64,000 nucleotides of DNA from Octopus vulgaris (lineage: Eukaryota): assembly GCA_951406725.2 (NCBI GenBank), contig OX597835.1, positions 31,372,001 to 31,436,000 on the forward strand, given 5' to 3'. Position 1 is the stretch's first letter. Each line of letters starts with the position of its first letter. A program made the translations under genes and the position numbers. Under the pieces are notes generated by a model. That model was not told the DNA's origin. It saw only the letters and a list, made by a program, of their open reading frames with translations, and made no database searches. Shown one piece after another: positions 28,126-43,756 of this stretch.

Positions 28126-28723
28126 GTTCACGTTTAAATAAAATACTATAATAACAAAGCAAATGAGGTGAAACACATTATATATTTAATTTGTATATTA
28201 TGCTAAGTTAAGCAAAAATGTAACAGTTGAAAATCTAGTTGCTATTACAAGAACCGTATTATAAAACGAAAATATGTTTGCGTGAGTTTGCAAGCAGATA
28301 TTTTATTAATAGAAAAACACTTATCAGATTTTGGGTTGAAAAAAGAAATAAAAGAGGCGATAACATGTAATGTTACTGATATGAAGAAAGTCGAGATTAG
28401 ATAGAGAACATTTCATAAATGTATGACAAGACAAATATCGTTGGATTTTGGCAGCGAATACTTAAAACACATAACTGACTTGGAACTCAGAATGATAAGA
28501 AGAATTAGCGTTTTTTTTCTTTCTTCTAATGGAGGAAGGTCACTGCTCATAATCATGCAGGCATTGGAACGTATGTTTGGCTAAGAAACTCACTTTGTAA
28601 CTAGGGGATTTCAGGTTCAGTCCCACCGCGTGTCACGTTGGACAAGTGGCTTTTGCAATAGCTCCAGGCCGACCAATGACATGCGAGTAAATTTTGTTCA
28701 CAGAAATTGTGTGGAACCCCGCT

Positions 28724-28769
<46 letters not shown>

Positions 28770-28873
28770 GCATATGTGTGTGTATATTATATAAATCATT
28801 TGATGTAACAAATATAAAAATACATAATCCTGTCCGATTAAAGAGGGAAAACTATAAAATCATTAAACAAGCA

Positions 28874-29040
28874 GGCGTAGGAGGGACTGTGTGGTAAGTA
28901 GCCGGCTTACAAACCACATGGTTCTGGGTTCAGTCCCACTGCGTGGCACCTTAGGCAAGTGTTTTCTACTATAGCCTCGGGACGACCAAAACTTTGTGAG
29001 TGGATTTGGTAGACAGAAACTGAAAGAAACCTGTCGTAAA
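28874..29040 (+). mobile_element. SINE family B 5' half (3' half displaced to 31545-31755)
   Basis: Head ggcgtaggag...gaaactgaaagaaacctgtcg. A further degenerate 5' half lies at about 28555-28730. Confidence 0.88.
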
Positions 29041-29136
29041 TATACATACATACATAAATATATATATACTAGCTGAAGGTGACCCGCTCTACGCGCGGGT
29101 AAGAGTGTGGTTGTTACTTTCTGTTGCTTCCTTTCA

Positions 29137-29458
29137 GCACGTAAAAAGCACCATCCGAACGTGGCGGATTGCAGCGCCGCCTTGACTGGCTTCTGTGCTG
29201 GTGGCACGTAAAAAGCACCAACCGATCGTGGCCGCTGCCAGCCCCCCCCCCCGGCACCTATGCCGGCGGCACGAAAAAAGCACCCACTACGCTCACCGAG
29301 TGGTTGGCGTTAGGAAGGGCATCCACCTGTCGAAACACTGCCAGATCAGACTGGAGCCTGGTGCAGCCTCCTGGCTTCCCAGACCCCTGTCAAACTGTCC
29401 AACCCGTGCTAGCACGGAAAATGGACGTTAAACGATGATGATGATTATGATGATGATT
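29137..29458 (+). mobile_element. SINE 3' portion with gcacgtaaaaagcacc repeats and (GAT)n tail
   Basis: Three gcacg(t)aaaaagcacc repeats, ggcgttaggaagggcatcc motif, gacgttaaacgatgatgat tail. Confidence 0.75.
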
Positions 29459-30145
29459 CTCCCTCTTTGTTTCTCTCTCCTTTCTCTCTCACTTTCCCAC
29501 TCTCTTACTCTTCCTTTCTCTCGGACTCTCCCTCGCTTTCTCTTACTCTCTATCTTTATCTATCTCTCTCCCATTTATAAACAACAAAAGATCTTGAGTA
29601 AGTTGAGAAATAAAATATTTAGAAAGATCAATCATAAATATCAGACAGTAACAATGGAAAGGTCTGCTTCAAGGTAGACAGCAAAACACTAACATTTAAA
29701 AGGGACAGACGAACTTGCGAGCTGAATAAAAATAAAAAAATATTGGAAACCAAAGTTTGAATGGATAGAATTTGAGGATAGTAGAGTCACCATGGCTGGC
29801 ATTTCTTAACGACGGACAGCAACGTATTGACAGTTCAACGGCTGGCGTAAAATTTTGAACTTGATGTAACAGAAAATCCCTAAAAACTAAGTTTTGAATT
29901 GATTCTTTCTCATGACAGTAGACTCACGATGGCAAGCATTCAAAACTTCTTCATCATGGACGCCAACACATTGACGATTAAAAGGCTGGCGCAAATTTTT
30001 TAGCTTGATGTAACATAGAATTGGTAAACACCCGCTCCTTTAAATTTTAATCCCCTTCCAGCCCCATTTAGACCCCTTTTCACATTTTGGTTAATATAAC
30101 CCGATTTCATTTGGGTCTACTGGGGCCACATTTTATAAGATGAGG

Positions 30146-30301
30146 ACTCAACCAAGTTTCCCAAGTTCTGGTCATAGACCATAGAACACTCAACTAAGTT
30201 TCCCGAGTTCTGGTCATAGACCATAGAACAGTCAAGCAAGTTTCCCGAGTTCTGGTCATAGGCCATAGAACACTCAACCAAGTTTCCCGAGTTCTGGTCA
30301 T
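30146..30301 (+). repeat. 42-bp tandem repeat, ~3.7 copies
   Basis: actcaaccaagtttcccgagttctggtcatagaccatagaac units at 30146, 30188, 30230, 30272. Confidence 0.92.
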
Positions 30302-31544
30302 TTGCAGAATAAATAGATACGGCGGAGGTGGCAGACGTCGTTGCAATGTAAACATGATTTGTTTTAAGAGAAAGATTGTCCAGATTGTGTGTTAGTGGTG
30401 GTGGTGGCGATGATAATTTTCTTTATGAATGGAGATAAAGAGAAATTGAAGGGGAGTTAGAGGTAGAAATAAAAGGTGTAAATTTTGGAGTGAATCCGAC
30501 GGGATGTAGTGGGCTTTAACCCCGGCAAAAAAAATAATATCTGTTGCGTTGTTGAAAGAGGTGAAGTAGGAATATTGAAACTTTTGCGGCTGTCATTGAT
30601 AGACTCGTTGTAGAATAAATAGAGACGGCGAAAAAAGAGAGAGCTCGAGAAAAAAACGGTGATATATGAAAGAGAGGATGGGAAAATGAAATATTTTGCA
30701 ATGTAAACATGATTTGTTTTAAGAGAAAGATTGTCATGATTGTGTGTTGGTGGTGGTGGTGGTGGTGGTGGCGATGATAATTATCATTAGGGAAAAGAGT
30801 GAGTGAGTGAGGAAGACATATACATAAGTTGTGGCGATGATAATTCTAGACCCCTTTTCACATTTTGATGAAGAGAACCCGATTTTATTCGGGTCTACTG
30901 GGGCCACATATAGGTGTGTGTGTATGTGTGTGTGTGTGTGCACGCTGTAGAAATTAAATTAGAGATAAAACTACTAATAGGGAAATGAAACAGTAAAAAA
31001 CCAAAAACAAAAACATAAAAATAAAAATATAATGTTAGATATATGTATATGTGTGTGTGTGTGTGTGTGTTGACAGGTAGACAATAGAATGCGATGGCGA
31101 TGTAATATTTGTTTCTGTCTATGAACGCAGATGGATACATGAGTAAAATGTATGAGAAGCTAAGAGATAGAGTGAGTGAAAATATTCTTGGAAGAGAGGA
31201 AATAGCGAGAGAGTGATTTGAGGAAGACTTTACATTAAATAACCGGAGTGGACTTGTCCATTGAAGAGGAGCGAGAGGATACTGGAGGAAATAGCGTGAG
31301 TGAGGACGATGGCCCCTAGCAACCACACCTTTTAAGATAGGGATTTCTAAGGTAGCCCACGAGCATCGTCACCTCATTCTACATGTCCCTGTAAATTTTG
31401 GAGCGAATCGGACGGGATGTAGTGGCATTGAAAGCGATCCAAGCGGTAAAAACGCATTTCAGTTTATATATATATATATATGTATTTATATATATATATA
31501 TATATATAAATACATATATGTGTGCGTATATATGAATGTGTGCG

Positions 31545-31755
31545 TATATGTTTGTGTGTCATTGTGTGTGTGACCCAACATCGCTTCAGAGCCGATGGTG
31601 ATGTGTTTATGTCTCCGTAACTTAGCGATTCGGCAAAAGAGTCCGATAGAATAAGTTCTAGGCTTACAAAGAATAAGTCCTGGGGGCGATTTGCTCGACT
31701 AAAGGCGATGCTCCAGCATGGCCACAGTTAAATAACTGAAACAATGTAAAAGAGA
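31545..31755 (+). mobile_element. SINE family B 3' half
   Basis: ccaacatcgctt...ggcttacaaagaataagtcc...ctccagcatggccacag. Confidence 0.88.
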
Positions 31756-32111
31756 AATAAAAGAGGAGAAAGAAAGCATTTCAACTGGGTACGCTATTCC
31801 CAATTCATTTATATTGCCCTTGATACCTCCTGATATTGTCCCCTACGACTCCAAAATGATTGGCCCTATCTTCATTTTTCCACAGTCGTTGAAGAGAGTT
31901 GTATATGTCTAATTTTTATTTTCTTTCCGAATTATTCAGGTATCAGCGGCACGCAACATCAAGTATGGAGCACATGTTGGTGGTTCACCTTGTCCACCAC
32001 CACTAAGTCCGGTTTATTGAGCCGAAGGACGAATGTCGTTTTCGGTTTTCCTTTCGAGACACGTTATATCGAAGCAAGAGCGAAGAACGTTTTACTGTTG
32101 AGAATTTGTAA

Positions 32112-32182
<71 letters not shown>

Positions 32183-32210
32183 TAATAATTATAATAATAA
32201 TAATAATAAC

Positions 32211-32272
<62 letters not shown>

Positions 32273-32276
32273 TAAC

Positions 32277-32365
<89 letters not shown>

Positions 32366-32369
32366 TAAC

Positions 32370-32425
<56 letters not shown>

Positions 32426-32519
32426 TAATAATAATAATAAAACTCGGACCTAGTGGTAGAAATAAAATAAAAATGTTTTGTTTCACAAATTTTTGCAGAT
32501 TTATTTTATTTATTCTTTT

Positions 32520-32736
32520 ATTCTTTCATATATTTCAGTCCTTTGACTGCGGCCTTGCTAAAGCACCGCATTAAACGATTTTAGTCGAAGAAATCTACCC
32601 CCGGACTTATTCTTTCCAAGCCTTTTATTTAATCTATCGGTCACTTTTGCTGTCCCACTATGTTACGGAGACGTAAACACACTAACACCGGAGGTCAAGC
32701 GATGGTGTTGGGACAAACGTAGACACACACACGTAA

Positions 32737-32809
<73 letters not shown>

Positions 32810-32975
32810 TGCGACGGGCTTCTTTCAGTTCCTGTCTACCAAATCCACTCACAAACCTTTGGTTGGCCCGAAGCTATAGTAAAAGACACTTGCCCAAGGT
32901 ATCATACAATGTTGATTGAACCCAGAGCCATGTGGTTGGGAAGCAAGTTTCTTACCTCACAGCCATGCCTGTGCT
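32520..32975 (-). mobile_element. SINE family B, full length with internal (TA)n
   Basis: Both halves present, separated by (CA)/(TA). Confidence 0.88.
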
Positions 32976-34026
32976 TATTTATGCACATGTATCTACATCA
33001 AATTTTCAAACGCTCGGGGAAAATAGGAAATGAAGAAAAGAATTTAAAATAATTCACAGTAAAAGAAGACTGAGTATAGAGTGGATGAGAGAGAACGCTT
33101 TTTTTTCTATACAATAAAATCCCTCCTTAAGAAAATAACAAAGCAAATTAAGAGAAGATGGATCAAATATGTTTCCACATTCTTCGAAACCATTGAAAAT
33201 TACACAACTGGTACTATGGTCTTTTCAAATAATTTGCAATGACAAAAAGACATGGAGATCAGAATATAAGCAAAATATAAATGAGAGATTACTAGTAAAA
33301 TATATATCAAATACTTTATCGAACTTCAAAGAGACCATTTAAAACGTTGGTGTTTCCAAAACGAAATTTCTCAAAACCTGCTCAATGGCGTATTTGGTTG
33401 CACTCAAACAAAGTTTTGAATTAATCTTCTTAGTAGTATTCGATGTTTTTTTTTTCTTCAAATTATATCTTGTTTTAATTGTTGTGTTCCATTGTCGATG
33501 ACGCTGTCATATATATATATATATTTTTCATATATATTTTTTTAAATATTAGAATGCAAATTCAGAGATATTTTACTACCGTTTCAAGCAAACCTGTTTT
33601 TCACTTATTGACTCAGGTTACATTGCTTGGGTTGGCTTTCTACTATTTTTGCCATGTATATTCGGGAGGCTCTGCTATCATCTTTGCCAGCTTATTGAAT
33701 TGCCAATTATATAACACAAATATTGTTTCTTATATAAACAGTTAGCTACAAATTGGATCTCAGAGAGATGGAAAAAGTAAGAGCGAGAGTGAAAGAGAGA
33801 GTGGAGGAGAGGGGGGAAACGGGTAAGTGAATGTGATGTTATGACATTAATGCTGATCCCAAGGGTCATTAAGTACACAAACAGAAATAAGAGAATCCGT
33901 GAGCAAAGAAAAACGAAATCAGATCTGGGTCTGTGAAATGACATCTAATTTCTCCAGATAAATACCTCGACGTTTTCTGATAAACTCTGAGAGAGAAAAA
34001 GAAAAAGAGAAAGAGAGAGAGAAAAA

Positions 34027-34074
<48 letters not shown>

Positions 34075-34097
34075 GTGATGGTGATGGTGATGGTGAC

Positions 34098-34164
<67 letters not shown>

Positions 34165-34193
34165 GTGATGGTGATGGTGATGGTGATGGTGAC

Positions 34194-34280
<87 letters not shown>

Positions 34281-34451
34281 GATGGTGGTGATGATGACAA
34301 CAGCAGCATCATCACCAGTAATAATATTCACACTGGTATAGCTAAACGAACACACCTACAAAGGCGAGAAGATTGACACACACACACACACTTATGTCAA
34401 AAGGCACGCCCGCAGACACCCATACATACACATACACAAAGACGCATCACC

Positions 34452-34487
<36 letters not shown>

Positions 34488-34766
34488 ATATCTACATAAT
34501 CTATCTGCAACTGGGGAGGTCCAATTGGTAACAAAATGATTGAGTTGTCTTTGAATACTCAATCTATTTTGTATTTGGCCTCGCGGGAGAGATAAACGCC
34601 GAGACACACCAACACACAAATACTGACACGCACACACACACAGACGCACACATGCATAAACTGACACGCGCGCACACACATATTTACACACGAGCAATGC
34701 TACTCGTAGATATAAAGATATAGATAAATATAGATAGAGAAATATATTTTTGTGTTGATATAAAAC

Positions 34767-34817
<51 letters not shown>

Positions 34818-34925
34818 ACAAAGCAAACGACACAAGCTTATATACATATGCACACAGTGACACACGCTTACACACTTACATATCATATATCCATTCACAT
34901 GTATGAACAGATTGATCCACAAATA

Positions 34926-34967
<42 letters not shown>

Positions 34968-35085
34968 CGCACATTTACATACATACACATATATAGATAT
35001 ATACTCATATATTTATATATATATATTTCCTAATATATATCTTTCTGTCTATCTATCTACCTACATACCTATCTATCTGTCAACT

Positions 35086-35176
<91 letters not shown>

Positions 35177-35218
35177 ATATATATATATATGTGTGTGTGC
35201 GTGTGTGTACACATATAA

Positions 35219-35615
35219 CTATTTCTTTACTGCCCACAAGGGGCTAAACACAGAGGGGACAAACAAGGACAGACGAACGGATTAAGTCGATTACATCGAC
35301 TCCAGTGCGTAAATGGTACTTATTTTATCGACCCCGAGATGATGAAAGGCAAAGTCGACCTCGGCGGAATTTGAACTCAGAACGTAGCGGCAGACGAAAT
35401 ACCTATTTCTTTACTACCTACAAGGGGCTAAACACAGAGGGGACAAACAAGGACAGACAAACGGATTAAGTCGATTATATCGACCCCAGTGCGTAACTGA
35501 TACTTAATTTATCGACCCCCGAAAGGATGAAAGGCAAAGTCGACCTCGGCGGAATTTGAACTCAGAACGTAGCGGCAGACGAAATACCGCTAGGCATTTC
35601 GCCTGGCGTGCTAAC
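35219..35615 (-). mobile_element. SINE family A tandem dimer
   Basis: Two ~185-bp units joined at gacgaaatac|ctatttcttt. Confidence 0.9.
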
Positions 35616-35687
35616 CTGAGATAAAGAAAAAAAAATCAGAAATTGTGAAATTACGTATGTTTTGTAGAATGAATAATGTATATTGGG

Positions 35688-35991
35688 GGATATTTTCGGT
35701 TTGAACGGCAGTATTTTCTAGCGGTGTCATATGAAATTGTCACCCATAATTATGACCCTAGTATCGATCTATTGCATTTCAATCTGTTTTAGGGTTAGGT
35801 TAGTTAGGGTTAGTTAGGGTTAGTTAGGGTTAGGGGTGGGGGAAGGGTATCTTTTTTCTTCAGAAATGTAAATAAACCCAATCTGTTTCTTAAACGAGGG
35901 ACATATTCATACGGCACAGAATGTTTTCACCTCAATACACGTCATTGATTGGTGGAAATTGCAGAAATTGAAGAAAAAACAACAAATATCT
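35688..35991 (+). mobile_element. Merlin-like MITE with internal TTAGGG repeats (truncated copy)
   Basis: Same sequence as 53384-53804; right TIR missing. Confidence 0.85.
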
Positions 35992-36208
35992 TTGTTTTTT
36001 TTTTGTTTTTCCCGTTTCATCGTTTTATTGTGGTGTCCTGTACTCACGTATAATTATTTATATATGCATGTATATATACATGTAGATGTAGGTACGTACA
36101 TATATGTTTGTATGTATGCATATATTTTTATTTATCACTTTATTGTCTGACAGCGCCACGCGTCAGGTTCGTTCCGATTCGTCGTTTCGTTCCACCTCTT
36201 GGTTCCTG

Positions 36209-36314
<106 letters not shown>

Positions 36315-36315
36315 C

Positions 36316-36405
<90 letters not shown>

Positions 36406-36532
36406 CATATATATATATGTGTGTGTGTATATATAACGGGAAGGTTTACGAAAATAAACAAAAGACGAAGGCAGGTGGAGTACAAACAAACAAATGTATT
36501 AGTATGGCGCTCAGGAATAGAAATAGGACAAG

Positions 36533-36570
36533 TCTTTTACGTTTCGAGCCTACGCTCTTCGACAGAAAGA
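36533..36570 (-). ncRNA. Minimal hammerhead-like motif (A6U core) in element about 36437-36657
   Basis: tcttt CTGTCGA a gagc gtag gctc GAAAC GTA^ aaaga; second copy of the 27.5 kb element. Confidence 0.62.
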
Positions 36571-36670
36571 TGCACAGAAAAAAAAACAAGGAGAGAAGCA
36601 AGGAGAGAAGCAAGGAGAGAAAAAAAATGCGTGTAGGAGCTAACGATCTATCATGACATATATATATATG

Positions 36671-36727
<57 letters not shown>

Positions 36728-36779
36728 ATATATATACATACTTAAATATACATATATATTAAAAAATTCAATATATTAA

Positions 36780-36817
<38 letters not shown>

Positions 36818-37029
36818 CTTCGCGGCGTTTCGTCCGAGTTCTATTTCTACAGAGGTCCAAATAAGTACCAGTCGAGCATTTAGGTCGATGTAAGCGACGA
36901 GCTCCCTTTGTGTCAGACCTTTGTGTCTGTAAGAGGAAACATTATTTCAATTGTATATGCTTGTACATGTATCTCTGAATATATGTAAGAGCATGTGTTT
37001 GTCTATATATGCAGGTCTTTCTTTCTGTT

Positions 37030-37089
<60 letters not shown>

Positions 37090-37127
37090 AATCTGTTTGT
37101 CTGTCTGTCTGTCTATCTATCTATCTT

Positions 37128-37930
<803 letters not shown>

Positions 37931-37973
37931 ATATCTATCTATCTATCTATCTATATATCTATCTATCTGTTTA

Positions 37974-38047
<74 letters not shown>

Positions 38048-38077
38048 AATCTGTTTGTCTGTCTATCTATCTATCTT

Positions 38078-38112
<35 letters not shown>

Positions 38113-38121
38113 GTCTGTCTT

Positions 38122-38248
<127 letters not shown>

Positions 38249-38906
38249 GTCTGTCTGTCTGTCTGTCTGACTGTCTGTCTATGCATTGGTAAATGTGAGT
38301 AGATGTATGTATGTGTGCATGTATGTGTTTGTATGGCGTTCGTTTTATTTGCGCTCTTGTATGTGTGTGTGCGTGCATACTTGTGTGTGTGCCTCTGCCT
38401 CTGTGTATGTGCCTGTACCTGTGTGTATGTCTATGTGTGTGTGTGTGCGTGCGTGTACAAAGGCGCACAGCTTGAAAACGACTGCGAAGCAACTGTTGAT
38501 AAAACAGAAAGAATATTTAAACAATTATAGAACAGTGTGTGTTTAGAAACTGAGATAGAGGAACTCACTAGAGGGAAATTACTAGGAGATGCAAACTGGG
38601 TGGTGGGTTTTGATGACGTCGGTTGGGGAGGGGGTAGAAAGATAGCAGAGGGCATGGAGCTACGTGTGGCAGCGGTGGTGGTGGTGGTATTGGTGTTGGA
38701 GATGGTAGAGTTAGCGTACAAATACAAAATATGAAATGGCGTCTAGAGCGACTGTGATATTATATGCAGAGAGATCTACGTGAAGTCTCTCACTTACACT
38801 TTATTATACGAATGTAGTCTTATTTCAGGCTCTCTTATATTTAAACGTGCACATCATCATACTTATATCCAAATGTTATAATTGATACGTGTGTGTGTTT
38901 TGTATA

Positions 38907-38943
<37 letters not shown>

Positions 38944-38999
38944 ATGTTTTGTATGTGTTTTATGTGTGTATGCGTGTGTATATATATTTTCTGTCTATC

Positions 39000-39400
39000 T
39001 TGTGTGAGTGCGTTTTGTGTGTGTTTTGTGTGTGTGTTTTGTGTGTGCGTCTTGTGTGTGCGTTTTGTTTGTTTTGTGTGTGCGTTTTGTGTGTGCGTTT
39101 TGTGTGTGCGTTTTGTGTGTGTGTTTGTGTGTGTGTTTTGCGTGTGTGTTTGTGTGTGCGTTTTTTGTGTGTGTTTTGTGTATGTATTTTGTGTATGCGT
39201 TTTTTGTGTGCGTTTTGTATGTGTGTTTTGTGTGTGCGTTTTGTGTGTGCGTTTTGTGTGTGCGTTTTGTGTGTGCGTTTTGTGTGTGCGTTTTGTGTGT
39301 GTGTTTTGTGTATGTGTGTGAGTGTAATGCGAGTGTGTGTATGCGTGTGAGTGTAATGGGTTTTTTGTGTGTGTGTGTGTTTTGCGCATGTATGTTTTGT
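39000..39400. repeat. ~13-bp minisatellite (GCGTTTTGTGTGT)n derived from (GT)n
   Basis: Direct read. Confidence 0.85.
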
Positions 39401-40250
39401 TTGTGTGTTGTTTATATATGCTTGTGTGTCTTTGTGTGTGTGTGTGTGTGTGTGTATGTGTGTGTGTGTGTCTATGTATTTTGTGTGTTTGTGTATGTGT
39501 AGATATGGCTCTAGAAGAGATGCAAACTTGAGGGAGTGATGAGGAGAAAAATGGAGGTGTGTAAGATGCAAAGGAAATAAAGAAAGAAAAAGAACGCGAG
39601 GTAAACAGATAGACAGTCAGATATAGAGAGAAAGAGCGTTAGAGAAACAGAGAATGAGAGATGTATGTGTGAGTATATGTCTGTCCGTGTGTGTATTGTG
39701 TGTATGGCTGTGTATGTGTGTCTGTATGTGAATGTTTGTAAATGTGCGAGTGTATATGTGTGCTTGTGTGTGTGTGATTTGTATGCACAAGCACGCAGAG
39801 CTACATGGATGCATCCGTATATATTATATGTAGGCATACATGTACGAGCATGAGTAAATATTTTCCTTTACTCAACGTCTATTTACCCATCTCTCTTTCC
39901 CTCTCTGCTTCTTGCTTCATCTTTAATTAGCTAATGTCCGAAGCCATCTACGTATCATACCTCATGCATATACATCATGGAAAGGCCAGTTACTGCATTA
40001 TTTGTCCTGAGATAACATGTCTTCTCGACATGTTATGTTAAAAACAATAAATACCAAGAAGGCACGAAAAATCCCTCCAGCAGCGGCCAGCTAGACGCAT
40101 TTCGCCTTGCTTATGTTCTTCTAATGACACGTGCATGTAGCAAGCCACAGGCACGGAGGAGAATCCGTCGCATCTGATATAGGCAAAATATTAATAAATC
40201 TTTCACTGATGTTGCAAATAATCTCCAGGTTAAATAAAAATTCAACATAC

Positions 40251-40630
40251 AGGCGTAGGAGTGGCTGTGTGGTAAGTAGCTTACTTACGAACCACATGGT
40301 TCTGGGTTCAGTCCCACTGCGTGGCACCTTGCGCAAGTGTCTTCTACTATAGCCTCGGACCGACCAAAGCCTTGTGAGTGGATTTGGTAGACAGAACTGA
40401 AAGAAGCCCGTCGTATAAAAGTATATATATATATATATGTGTATGTGTGTGTATATGCTTGTGTGTCTGTGTTTGTCCCCCAACATCGCTTGACAACCGA
40501 TGCAACTTGGTGGTTCGGCAAAAGGGACCGATAGAATAAGTACTAGGCTTACAAAGAATAAGTCGATTTGCTCGACTAAAGGTGGTGCTCTAGTATGGCA
40601 ACAGTCAAATGACTGAAACAAATAAAAGAA
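40251..40630 (+). mobile_element. SINE family B, full length
   Basis: Head, internal (TA)(TG) tract and 3' half. Confidence 0.92.
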
Positions 40631-40744
40631 AAAATACACAGTTGAGGCAATATGTACATAAAATATCCATCTATGTATCATACTTAAAACACTGTCGATA
40701 GGCCAAGCCGGGAAAAACGCTTCGCAGCATTTCGACCGTCTTTG

Positions 40745-41200
40745 TTGGACTCATGATCGTAAGATTGTGGTTTCGATTCCTGGACTGAGCGACGCTTTGC
40801 GTTCTTGAACAAATCACTTCATTTCACGTTGCTCCAGTCTACTCAGTGTGGCTTAGTGATTAGGGGTGTTCGACTCATGATTGTAAGATTGTGGTTTCGA
40901 TTCCTTGACCGGGCAACACATTGTGTTCTTGAGCAAATCTCTTCATTTCACGTTGCTCCGGTCCCAGTCAGTGTGGATCAGTGGTTAGGGTGTTTGACTC
41001 ATGATCGTAGGACTGTGGTTCCGATTCCTGAACTCGGCGACCCGTTGTATTCTTGAGTAAAACACTTTATATCATGTTGGTCCAGTCCCCCCAGCTGGCA
41101 AAAAGGGGCAATCCTGCGACGAAGCAGCATCCCGGCCAAATGGGCTATATATACGCCATGAAACCACGAAACCGGCCCTTATGAAGAGGTATGAGTCAAG
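40745..41200 (+). mobile_element. tRNA-derived SINE with three tandem head units
   Basis: gactcatgat(c/t)gta.ga.tgtggtt.cgattcct repeated at about 40748, 40872 and 40996; related copy at about 49995-50210. Confidence 0.8.
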
Positions 41201-42183
41201 AAGTAAACTTAACTCTTTCTACTTTACGTCTATTTTTTTCTGGGTTCAAATCTCGCCGATGTCGACTTGCCTCCCATCCTTGGGGGTCAATAAATTAAGT
41301 ACCAGTTGTAATCGACTTATCCTTTCCCCTACAGTTGCTAGCCTGATGCCAATATCAGGAATAATCAAAGGCGGTGAGATGGCAGAAACGTTAGCACACC
41401 GGGAAAAATTCTTAACTGAATTTCGTCCATCTTTATGTTCTGCGTTCAAATTCCGCCGAGGTCGAGTTCGCTCTTCATCCTTTCGAGATCGATAAAATAA
41501 GTAGCAGTTCAGCTATTCATGCCGCCGTAATTGCTGGCCTTGTGCTAACACTTGAAACCAATTACAAGGACAAATTGAAATGATTCAATGGGGGAGAAGT
41601 AGTAGATTGATCGGGAAAACCTCCTTGATTTCCGAGCTACTTACCCTGTCGAGTAACGTTTCTCTAGGGAACCTGTCGAAGAACCCCATTTCGGCCGTTC
41701 GTATTCGCGTTTGTAATCTTTCGGCCATTGACAAACATTCATGAGTGTTGATTCATGTAGAATGAGTTCAATTGCAATATCAATTTCTCCATTGTAACCA
41801 GTTGAGCACTGGGGTCGATATAATAGACTTAACCACCACCCCGAATTTGCTTCCCTAGTTTCCAAATTTGAAACCGATAACTATTTCTCCATTTGCCCTC
41901 CAACTCGTCCACTTCGGGTTTCTTTTCCTTTCATAGAATTTGCTGGTAATGTTAAAACACCAGCATTATTTGACACCAATCAGCACCACTTCTGTCATTT
42001 CATTCACCCGTTTCAATATTCCAATTTATTTTTCATGGTTATAAGATTCAAGCTCCACCTCGCCATTAAGATCGTGTATGATTTTTTTGTGAGTTGTAGC
42101 GTCATCTGGTTTTGCAATTCACATATTTTTACTTCATTTGTGCCATCGAATCCTTCGTCTGAATAACTGGATGTTGCTGCGTG

Positions 42184-42231
<48 letters not shown>

Positions 42232-42372
42232 GATACACGTACGCACACACTTGCAACTTATATGTATACGTGCACGTACATACCGCATTCCTATATATCA
42301 GTAAATATTAAATTTCATTAACATCATCCTACTGATGTGTGTGTGTATGTATGAACTTACATATCTATATAT

Positions 42373-42531
42373 ACAGGAGCAGCTGTGCGGTAAGTAGCTT
42401 GCTTACCAACCACATGGTTCCGGGTTCAGTCCCACTACATGACACCTTGGGCAAGTGTCTTCTACTATAGCCTCGGGCCGACCAAAGTCTTGTGAGTGGA
42501 TTTGTTTGACGGAAACTGAAAGAAGCCCGTC

Positions 42532-42616
<85 letters not shown>

Positions 42617-42800
42617 TCCACCAAACATCGCTTGACAACCGATGCTGGTGTGTTTGCATCACCGTAACTTAACGGTTCGGCAAAAGAGCCCGATAGAATA
42701 AGTACTAGGCTTACAAAGAATAAGTCCTGGGGTAGATTTCCTCGACTAAAGGCGGTGCTCCAGCATGGCCACACTCAAATGACTGAAACAAGTAAAAGAC
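42373..42800 (+). mobile_element. SINE family B, full length
   Basis: Best-preserved copy, with internal (TA)n(TG)n. Confidence 0.92.
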
Positions 42801-43439
42801 TAAAAGAGTATACGAATTTACACGCTTATACACATATAAACATTTATAGTTATATGAAGGAACATATAGACACACATTTATACAGACATACACACGCATG
42901 CACATACATACATACATGCATACATACCTACATACCTACATACATACATACATACATACATACATACATACATACATACATACATACATACGAATATATA
43001 TATATGTACACACTCACTCATCTACTTACAGAAACGCATTCGAACGTCTTCAGCGCACTTTTCTAACACTGCGATATTTCACACACGCTGTAATTGTTTA
43101 TATTCGCGAACGCATGAGCTGTAATAACAACAACCGTTTAGGGTGGAGCTAAACCGATTAAATGGTCAATATTTGGTGGTTTTCCTTCAAGGTATTCACA
43201 CGTTAAAGACTCCAGAGTGTTTGGATTGCCAACCCTACATGTGATGTCTTTGCGTTAGCTTATTTGGATTGGTACGCTCTATATAACAAACATAGCCCAA
43301 TCTAAACACTCACGTTCAGCCATCTATAGCCGTACGTATTCCCACGTCGCTTCTACGCTGCTAATGCATGTCTACACCACATTGTATACACCCATACACA
43401 TATATCCGTATGTATATATATATATATATGTATACGTAT

Positions 43440-43497
<58 letters not shown>

Positions 43498-43546
43498 ATG
43501 CGTGTATGTATATATATATAACTATATATATACGTGCATGTATGTG

Positions 43547-43579
<33 letters not shown>

Positions 43580-43594
43580 GCACATATATATATA

Positions 43595-43646
<52 letters not shown>

Positions 43647-43756
43647 CACGTATAGACATATATACATACGTACATCCTTACAACAATATCCCTGGTGTGT
43701 GTGTGTGTATGTGTGTGTATGTTAGTGCGTGTGTTTACATAGATATATTACTATTA

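Larger units (their letters stand above)
29069..31470 (-). mobile_element. Probable non-autonomous Helitron (~2.4 kb) inside the SINE B internal (TA)n
   Basis: CTAG|T at 29069-29072 with hairpin acccgc/gcgggt (29082-29100); internal duplications; the other end merges into (TA)n with no clear TC. Confidence 0.6.

Noticed and set aside
30146-30301. 42-bp repeats resembling a CRISPR array
   Set aside because: Contiguous tandem units with no unique spacers, no cas genes, and a eukaryotic context.
33050-33400. Very old PLE endonuclease remnant on the plus strand
   Set aside because: Only vague motif echoes (QKD..I, KYK*EIT); insufficient without an HMM search.
35788-35850. TTAGGG repeats as a telomere or chromosome fusion scar
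   Set aside because: Short, and internal to a MITE present three times.
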